DNA from: Azolla caroliniana
Lineage: Eukaryota; Plantae; Polypodiophyta
Assembly (NCBI GenBank): GCA_043228905.1
Contig: JBHGNT010000007.1
Location: 2,790,001-2,854,000, forward strand
Direction of reading: 5' to 3'
DNA: 64,000 nucleotides
Part shown: positions 13,520 through 22,458 of the stretch, in pieces
How the letters are laid out: each line of letters opens with the position of its first letter
Numbering within the stretch: position 1 is the stretch's first letter
Notes under the pieces: generated by a model
Told to the model about the DNA's origin: nothing
Seen by the model: only the letters and a program-made list of their open reading frames with translations
Databases searched by the model: none
Translations under genes and position numbers: made by a program

Positions 13520-13981
13520 GATTTTTATCTACTTTAATATTTCTTATTTTACCTAAGTCAAAAGGCTCTATCGAGAAAAGTGATGTCGAACTTTGCTCTC
13601 AAGCGTCATTTGACTCTATATGGCATTGTTATATTATTAACATGGTTATATTCCTCGATTGAGAATAACGAGTTATCAGATAATTTAAAAGACTCAATAG
13701 AAAATAGAGAATTTTTACTCGAGTTTGACATTTTGAGTAATGGGGGCTAAGATCACAAGAGTCCAAAATAGGCTCAAGTTTAGTTCTATAATAAGCACCA
13801 TGTCCAAAAGCATTTATTTAAAATAAATTAAAAAAAAAAACAAAAAAACAAAACTATATAAGGGAAAGCCATATTCTCATTGTCATTATCGTGTTCAAGC
13901 AACAGAAGAGCATAGGAGCATAGACCAACCAAGACTTCCCGTTTTCGTCTCCCCAGTCAAGTCAACACCAACGTCAGCAAC

Positions 13982-16900
13982 ATGAACAAAGGAAAGAAGA
14001 TTGCCATGTATGTTTTTCGAACTATATTTTTAGATTCTTCAAAGATTCCTAAAAGATTCCTTTGTGTGTTTGTTAATTTCTGCGTCCAGAATTCAATGCT
14101 TTCAATCGAGTTCTCGTTGAAAGTCCCCCCTTTCAACGGGAACTCGATGCACTAGATTTGGTCACTTTCTTGCTATTTTTTGGCATTTTTCTCAATGTTT
14201 TTAATGTAACATTACACCCCTAAACGGGTGATTTTCGCCTACTTTGCGGAACTTTACCTTAGTTTTCTGTTTTACGTTGTGGGTTTTTAAGATTATCGAT
14301 ATATCATTGTGTTATTTCCTGTTGTTTTCTGTGAATCATGACAGAAGCTCCCATCCTTCAAATTGAAGATTCCCTCCCCAACAAAGAAAACTTCAGACAC
14401 CATGCCCAAGCCTGACTCACGGAAAACATTTATTGAGTCGGTAGGGGATGGGACTTCGCACACTTTAGGAGAAAAGAGTAGTGGGGAGCCTTGCCTGAAG
14501 AGCTACCCTCATGTCGAGTGGACATTAATCTATACCTAGGACGAAGGAGATTTGCTCCTTATTTTTGCGAAATCTGAAGGTGATGGCAAGTTGCTGGTGG
14601 GGAAGACTTTCACCTACGGCCATGTAATGAACATCGAATATGAAGATAACCACTCATTGAACCTCTTGTTCGATGTTGATAGCTCGGTGGGGATGCGCAA
14701 AGTCAGGATAGATGAACAAAATTTCGTAACTGACTTGTGCCACCTGAAAGCTTTGAAAAAAGATGTTCAGACTAAAAATAATTTGATTGTTGCTTTGCAC
14801 CCTTATATTACGGGAGAGTTGATGGTCTCGCAAGGCACCACACCACCAAAGTCTGCCAATAAATCGAAACCGGAACATTAGAAGTACAAGAAAAGGCAAC
14901 AACTTGAGGACGATGATCCCGAGGTACTCGAGTTTGTGGAAGATGAGGAGGCAGATACTGAGCTCGAAGTTATTCCTCCAGGGGGTCACATTGCATCAAG
15001 AATACTCCCTCAGAGAAGAATCGGATCAGAAAAAAACATTGTAAAGATGAAGCTTGTCCGTAAAGGACAATTATTTCACTTCCCGATCTCCTTTATTCAG
15101 AGGCCACCCATTGATCCTGAAATAGGAAGACGAGCTCCAGAAATAAGAGAGCCACATTCAGTGCATGTGCAAAACTTAAAAAGAAAAATGAAGATAAATC
15201 CACATGCCACTGTACTGCCATTCTTAGTAATGGTAGACCTTGATCAGTGCCCAACTGTTGCTGACTTTAAGTATAGTTCAGCTGACGACTACACATACTA
15301 CGTGATTGGAGGATCCCACTTTGTTGAAGCTCGACATCAACTTGTGAAGGAGTATCCTCTTATCCTCGTACACATGAAGAAGCCAAGTTGCTAGCTTAGG
15401 ATCATAACAATGATAATGACTACATACAAAAGATATCATGTATCGAACGCATCAGGTTCTACGCTGCATCCTGGAAATTTGATCCTACGCTGCATCCTGG
15501 ATTGCGACGACAATGTCTATTTGATGTGGGGATAGCAGTTGACGAAAGCACCAAGTCTGAAGGCCTAAGGAAATATGACTCGTGGTTTCAACTTGTTTCA
15601 AAACAGGGGAGATGTGGGACCTCCAAGATCAAATTTTTAGTATGTGGGAGCAAAAAGAAATAAAGGTTCAAAGATCAAAGAAGGCTAAGCTCAACCCACA
15701 AGTGGAGATAAAGTCTAAGTCACGTAAAAGTGACTAAGTAATTGAAGAATTAGCCGAGGATTAACAATCGGCAATGGTTCGGTTTTAGTTCGGTTTCAAC
15801 AGTTTTGCAGTTCGGTTCGGTTCGGTTCAGGTTTCAAAAAATTTAAATGGTTCGGTTTGGACCCTCTTGAACTGAACCGAACCGTTGCTGATTGTTATCG
15901 AGGATATGTAGCTGCTTCCTTGGTGGCCATTGCAAGGAATCAAAGATGATAGATTATTAATATCTATATTATCTAGAGTGACCGCCAAGGAGTTCAGTCT
16001 TGATGAAATGGTCACAGAGTTTCAAAAGTGAGTATTCTATGTGATGACTTATTTTCATTGTATTGACTTGTTGATTTGCTCTTCATTCTAGCCTCACTTT
16101 CTTTTAATTTTTAGCCATAAGGTTTATATGAAGATACAAGAGCTGATGATGAAAAAGTTGTCCCTACCTACGTTGGAAGAAGTGGAGCAATCTTGCCCAA
16201 AAACATCATCGTACAAGGCTCTTGAAGAATTCTTCTTCGTGTTTAGAGAATGGGTAGGTATGTTTTACAAATATTAATTGATTTTAGGATAATGGGTTTC
16301 TTCTTACAAAATTTATAATTACAGAAACCACCTCATTCAAAGAAAATGGGTGACAACAATGAAGGCATACCAAGCGCCTTCATCACCCATTTGGAATGAG
16401 CTAAATATGAGAAACGAATGACAAAAGGAAAGGAGCTCGAGGTGCATGAGGACTCAAATAATGTGAAATGCTTTTTGCACAAGGCTGATCTTTCCGTCAA
16501 CTATACTATAGTGTATATAATGGTGATGTGGGTAATATGATTGACGTATTACCCAAGCGACATTATACATTGGTTGTGGCGGATATACCATATGGATTCC
16601 GAATATCAAGCTCTACATATGACGATATACCATACAAATATATGCAAATAGAGAAGATGGTTAAAGACTTTGAAGAGCTGACCCTGGCCCCATCATGGCG
16701 AATCGTTATATTTCATAGTATGGGCCAGGCTTTATCGGTCACTATTGCATTGAAGTCGAGATGCCATGCCACAGAACACATGCATTGGTAAGCTTTATGT
16801 TACTATATATTTGATGTATAGATTTTATGGTGCTTACTACATATATATTAACTTGTTTCGATTCAATTATAAAAAATAGGGTTAAAACGAACATAACTCG

Positions 16901-17607
16901 TTGGTGAGCGATGTGGAGCATTTGTGCATGGGCTATTACGATGCTATTTCTAAGAAGAAGGCTCGAGCACATGTTAATGAGCGGAATGTTGTCAACTATA
17001 TCATGTGCCCAATTGTAACGAATAAATTGTGCCACGTGTCTGGTGACAAGAGTCTTGTAAACCCATATCAAAAGCCCAAATGATTGATTAATCGATTGGT
17101 TGAGTTGTTCTCGAACCTGGATGATTGGGTGCTCGATTTATTTTCTGGAACAGGTAATCTCATAAGTCTTATCAATTTTTCTTAAAATAAAATATTATTT
17201 CCCATCTTTGTTTAATTACTTTTGCATGTGTGATTGTTTATTTAGGAACAACGACTTCGTGTGCTCTTAAATTGTTCAGGAACTGCGTTGCATTAGAGAA
17301 AGACCCCGAGCAAGTCAATTTTATAAAGATGAGGATCCAAGGTATCTAGGATTGTCTTGACCAGGACCAAGAAGTTGGGGCAAAGCTTATCAACAAAACT
17401 GAGATGTTTCAGCTAACCTTCAGAGAGCCGATGGAACCTATAGACGAGGAAGGAGGGGACCTTGTCGACCTTGAAGATGCACCGGGGTCTAATCAAATAC
17501 AAGATTCAGCTGAGGAGACAGAACATGTAGATGCAACACAACTGTCACCTGATCTTGGAGAGCAGCCTCTTCCAGACCTCCTAATGGATACTACTTTGTA
17601 TTTGTAA
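13982..17607 (+). pseudogene. Spliced cargo gene: ParB/Srx-like N-terminal domain fused to a beta-class N6-A/N4-C DNA methyltransferase (N6_N4_Mtase-like), acidic C-terminal tail
   Basis: ParB-like: EIREPHSVHVQNLKRKM...PFLVMV...YYVIGGSHFVEARHQL...EEAKLLA*DHN; MTase: LVVADIPYG (DIPY at 16582-16593), HW|VKTN, NPYQKP, WVLDLFSGT|GTT...CVALEKDPEQ; GT-AG introns at ~16028-16115, ~16255-16324, ~16788-16879, 17154-17245; in-frame stops at e.g. 17081; start codon is tentative. Confidence 0.82.
15762..15897. mobile_element. 136-bp hAT-type MITE inserted in the cargo gene
   Basis: TIRs TAACAATCGGCAATGGTTCGGTT and rc TAACAATCAGCAACGGTTCGGTT; 8-bp TSD ccgaggat (15754-15761) / tcgaggat (15898-15905); internal GGTTC repeats; excision restores EELAED-M*LLPWWPLQG. 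Confidence 0.85.
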
Positions 17608-18942
17608 CTAAAAACTTGTAACACTAAACTTGTTTTGGAATATAAGATTGTATTTTTTGAGTATCATTTCTTTACACTTCTTTAGACTATCCGATTGGTG
17701 TGCAAACTTTAAGTCTCTATCATATATTTGTAACGGTTTACTCACAAAGTATGTGAAGCATAATTTGTTTCTTGAATAATATAATTGAATTTAGCTTTAT
17801 TCTAGGATTTATGTTGTCTTTAATCTTGGTTATTTAGTTTCGAGTGAACACAATAATATTAATTCAACATTTTTGCTCATTTGATAATACATTCAGGTTG
17901 TTCATGTATGATTGGGATATAATGTTCGTAGTAGTTATTGGGCATGTGAATATGTTTCTAATTATATCCAAAAATGCTATTTGCTAATTTAATATAACAA
18001 TCTTTATAGGAGATAGAGACGAATATAGCAACAAAATTGTATTTCTAAAATTGTTAAGTTGGATTCAAATTCAACATTGTGTAAATTGATGCATATTACA
18101 ATTACAGTTGGACGCATTCCCGTAATCTAACCTAATATTAGGATAAATTTGTGTATGAATTGAGAAAATATAGGTTAAATTTGAAAGCTTGAGAATATTA
18201 ACTATGTTTTTAAATCTCGTTTTTAAAAGTCACGTGCGCATGCGTGATACATTCTTGAAAGTTTGTTAAAAAATAGTAATTCTTGACATCTCATGTATTT
18301 ATCAATAAAGGAATGCATCATATTACTTGGTCTAAATGACCCGGTGTTATATATGGCGCATCATTATGCGTACATGACAAAGGTGGCGGAAGTGCGTGAG
18401 CCGGAGAGCTACACAGAAGCGGCGAAAGACTCGAATTGGCATGCCTCTATGGAGGAAGAAATGCGGGCACTCGATGCCAACGACACATGGGACCTGGTTG
18501 ACCCTCCCTGACACTACAAATCGATCGACTGCAAATGGGTATACAAGGTAAAGTATAATGCTGATGGTTTGGTCAACCTATACAAGTCCCGATTAATGGC
18601 CAAGGGATATTCGCAGACCCATAGAATCGACTACAACGAGACCTTCGGCTTGGTATCGAAGATGACAACAATCCGTGTGGTGTTGGCAGTCGTAGCGGCG
18701 AGGGGATGGTATCTCCACCAAATGGGCATGAAGAACGTGTTTCTTCAAGGAGATATTGAAGAACACGTGTATATGATCCCCCCCCCCCCCGAGTTTTAGT
18801 CGGAGATGAACAAGTCGACACTGTGCCGATTCAAGAAGTCACTTTATGGCTTGAAGCAAGCCTTCGAGCTTGGAATTCGAAGATCACACACTGGTTGCGT
18901 AAGATGGGATTTGCAACCTCCAAGTCCGACTCTTCACTGTTC

Positions 18943-19304
18943 ATCCGGAAAGGTCTGAAGGGTGCAATGTCCATTCTACTCTACGTCGACGACTCGGTCG
19001 TCGCAAGACCCGACCTCACTGATATGGGCCGAGTCAAATCCCAACTATCAGATGCATTTGAGATGAAGGACCTGGGGGACCGGAATCCGAATACGCTAAA
19101 GGATGATGCCGTTTACAATCGTGATCCGGAAAGGTCTGAAGGGTGCAATGTCCATTCTACTCTACGTCGACGACTCGGTCGTCGCAAGACCCGACCTCAC
19201 TGATATGGGCCGAGTCAAATCCCAACTATCGGATGCATTTGAGATGAAGGACCTGGGGGACCGGAATCCGAATACGGTAAAGGATGATGCCGTTTACAAT
19301 CGTG
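18943..19304 (+). repeat. 181-bp tandem duplication spanning the Copia-RT/Gypsy-gag junction
   Basis: Near-identical units 18943-19123 and 19124-19304, each starting at ATCC. Confidence 0.9.
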
Positions 19305-20115
19305 ATCCATGAATTCGTTGGGTGTCTTGCATTTCCCAACGAATTGCGACTGCTTAGTCCCGGGCATTTCGTTGGGTTTGTTATGAACTCCTTCGAAGTG
19401 CTTTGATAGCGAAAAACTATTTCAATGGCCTCTTCGAAGGATTTTGGATCCTTATCGTGCATTATCCAGTGATAGTCCGAATTGGGGATGCCATTGATCA
19501 AACAAACTATCAACCAATTGTTCCCTTCTAGACCTGATTTTTGGACTTGGGTTCTAGTCTTCTAGCGAGGAAAACTTCCTGCTAGAGAGGGTCATTAAAT
19601 TTTGTCTTGCCTCGGTTCGAGAGGGAGGTTGCCGAATTGGCCCTTGAAAACTATGACAAAATCTGTCCAGGTATCAGGCAATTTCCCCAAAGTTCGGAGC
19701 CCACGCTGCCAAGCGGCCTTACCCCCTAGTTCTCGGCCGACATATGCAATCTTCGTATTATCTCGCATGGGATAGAGCTCAAAATGAGACTCCAATCGGC
19801 CTAGCCACGTGCAGATTGCTTCTTCGGTTCTTTCCTTTTTTCCTCCCGTAAATGGCTTTACGACAAATGATGGTTCACCCTGACGCTCATCGGGTCTATT
19901 AGTGTCATGTTGTAAACTAATGACACATGCCTCAAGAGCACTTTGAGATTGTTGAAGTTCGGACATCTGATGAGCAGTTGAACTAAGGAAATTTTGTATT
20001 CGTAAGAAATACTACTCAATGGAGATTGGCCTAGGAGGATTTTCTTGAGTTCCTTTCGCTTGAGCGGATGACATCGGGTCGTTATTATGAGCCATTGAAT
20101 GATAGTTTCTGGCAA
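19305..20115 (-). mobile_element. Ty3/Gypsy gag remnant
   Basis: - strand KPFTGG...ICTWLGRLESHF...KIAYVGRELGGKAAW...DTWTDFVIVFKGQF and CLINGI..., typical of retrotransposon gag. Confidence 0.75.
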
Positions 20116-20208
20116 AGAAATAGGATAAGGTCAGACAAATAGTCATAACATCAAGTCGTGATGTAAACATAACATGGGCCAACATTAATCGATATCATGA
20201 TCTCACGT

Positions 20209-20876
20209 TGTCGCGTTGTTACGCGCGTGTGTGGAGAACGAGGCGGGACCACGGGGGCCTTGGACCGAGAAATAACCGAATGAGAAGAGGGGAAGGAAAT
20301 TATCGATGTACTTCACACGTGCACAGACACACAGATTCACAGGAGTTGCAACTAACTTTGAACAATGGAGACAGAATGAATGTATAGGTATATATTAATC
20401 AAGGAGTTACAACCGGCAAGCCGGTGAGTGATAGGCTCCGACGCCGGCACACACACACACACACAACACGAGATGGAGACTCTGCCGGAAGCACTCGGGC
20501 GTTCCGCGGAGCAGAGTCAGCCTCCCGAAAACCTGCATAGAACGACTATGGAGAAGACAAAGGAGAAGAGCTCGGTTCCAGTCTGGCAGCACTTGGTCCT
20601 CCACAAAATGTGATCCCCTTTTTACAATACCTCTCCCTCTCTTTTATAGCCCAAGGAGGGAGGCCGTTACCACCCGTTACATCATGTTTATTCCCTATCC
20701 TTTCGGACAGGGATACACCTCGATTTTCTCCATAATGAATGCATGCTACCTAGGATTTCACCTCAGCCGACTTGTACCTCTCTACGTAATATACAACAAA
20801 ACTTGTGCCCACGTGTAAGGGCTGGTTTACGCATGTTATACCTGGTTTCCGCCTAGGGACGGTTTTCTCCACGACA
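20209..20876 (-). mobile_element. Solo LTR, 668 bp
   Basis: Inverted termini TGTCG...CGACA; 4-bp TSD ACGT at 20205-20208 and 20877-20880; TATA-like CTATAAAAG on the - strand at ~20645. Confidence 0.75.
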
Positions 20877-21850
20877 ACGTCAATACCCCTCTAGACGTAT
20901 GAGATGAGGTTCAAGATGAGGTTACTATGATAACACAAAGATGTTTTAAAAACCATGGGGGTGACAAATGAATGTCTTTCCCTGATCTCTATATCGATTT
21001 TTTCATGGCAGCTCCCCGAGGCTTAACCATGTATGTTCGCATCATGAATAGTTTATACACGAAAAAAATGTTAACAATAAACTATGTTTTTGTGCTCACG
21101 TATGTGGTTTTGGCTCCTTAAGTTCTATTATGAAGACCCCGAAGTGCAGTTAGACCTAAAGTCTAAACATATATGTCAAGAGTCCTTATTTCCTTCTCAT
21201 TTACCACAAACTATGTTGGTACATTACCTAACCTCAAGTCTCATAATTACGATGGCATACACCAAAGTGCAACCTAATGGTCAAGCCAAATGAGCCCTCT
21301 TTTTGTAGTAGGCCCACGTGGCCCATCACATGGTTACGTCATTACGAATGTCTTTTGTATGAATGATCTCATGGTCGCATCGTATCCATGTAATGAGGGA
21401 GGGATGTTGGATATGTGTGTCATAGGAGCGACCTCACATGAAGTGAGTCAAGCCCTACATTCTCAACATTATTGTGGCTATGATCGTTTCATTACGTAAC
21501 CAAATCGAAGTGACCAACGGGGATGTCAACAACAAAAAACAGAATTGTTGCAAAAAGGATGGTGACTAAGCCATTCCCACAAAAATGTGAGGACGACCAC
21601 CAAGATCCTTTCCCCGAATATACACATACGATATAGAAATCACGTAATAACTAATATACAAAAATGTATATTTATCACATATATACGAGCAAATACGTAT
21701 ACACGTGACCACATATGCATATATTTAAAAAAATCGTAATATCAAATAGCCAACAATGATGTAATCGAGATACGTAATCGAGGCATATAGCCTCTACGTA
21801 CACAAAACATCCAAAATTAAGGGTCAATTATAATACACAATTGAGGTATT

Positions 21851-22416
21851 TGTCATGATATGGCAAGACTTGAACCCATGACCTTATATTATATGGGTCA
21901 AGCTCTTGACCATTATACCATCTATTGTAATACGTAGAATATTATTTTCATTTAAGTTTTATTATAGGAAATTAAAGTATATTCTAGATTTCTCTGGAAC
22001 ATTCTAGAAGCTACAGGATTACTCCTGAGAACACTATAAAAGAAGGCACAAGGCATTATATTGAACCAAATTGGTTCAACGCCAGTCTTAAGCCTCTTAA
22101 CCATTTGTACTTATCCTTCTTCACATAATATATTGGTTGTTATCATCATCTCTCTCTCTCATCCTCACTATCTTATTATTATTATTATTATCGTAATTAG
22201 CTTACCCTAGTGGTAAGTCGATAACACTACAAGCACTGTGTCTTGAGTTCGAAACCCAATTTCCTCATCTCTCTATTATATACTTCATATATATCTCTAT
22301 TTCACTAAATGCCACTGTTGAATGTAGGGGTTGAACCCATGACCACCTTGTCTCCATTGGGCAACCTTACCAACTGAGCTACATCCATCTGGGCTCATCC
22401 TTGCTATCTCTCTTTT

Positions 22417-22458
<42 letters not shown>

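Larger units (their letters stand above)
11130..18348. mobile_element. 7.2-kb TIR DNA transposon, Sola1-like, carrying a ParB-like/DNA methyltransferase cargo gene
   Basis: TIRs 11130-11159 AACACCGGGTCATTTgaaatagGTAATATG and rc of 18319-18348 AACACCGGGTCATTTagaccaaGTAATATG; 4-bp TSD ATAT (11126-11129, 18349-18352); removal restores the Copia frame RYGYNKY-MAHHYAYMTK. Confidence 0.9.
7988..19080 (+). mobile_element. Degenerate Ty1/Copia retrotransposon (5' LTR ~7988-8310, PBS, gag-PR-IN-RT), split by a DNA transposon and truncated within RT
   Basis: LTR TGTTAG...TTTCA then tRNA-iMet PBS TGGTATCAGAGC (8311-8322); gag (KLDRSNYVSW, KEAWENLKKIF), zinc knuckle CWYCGWKGH, protease WYVNSRASNHM, integrase IHSDVWGP/YTPEQNNVAERKNR, RT (EPESY, DYNETF, LHQMGMKNVFLQG, LLYVDD, FEMKDLG); many stops and frameshifts. 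Confidence 0.93.

Noticed and set aside
13982-17607. Bacterial contamination as the source of the methyltransferase
   Set aside because: The gene has GT-AG introns, a plant MITE insertion and decay stops, and lies inside a TSD-flanked element within a plant Copia
21860-22390. Functional tRNA genes
   Set aside because: A/B boxes are present but anticodon and acceptor stems are degenerate and they lie inside an LTR; reported as tRNA-like modules
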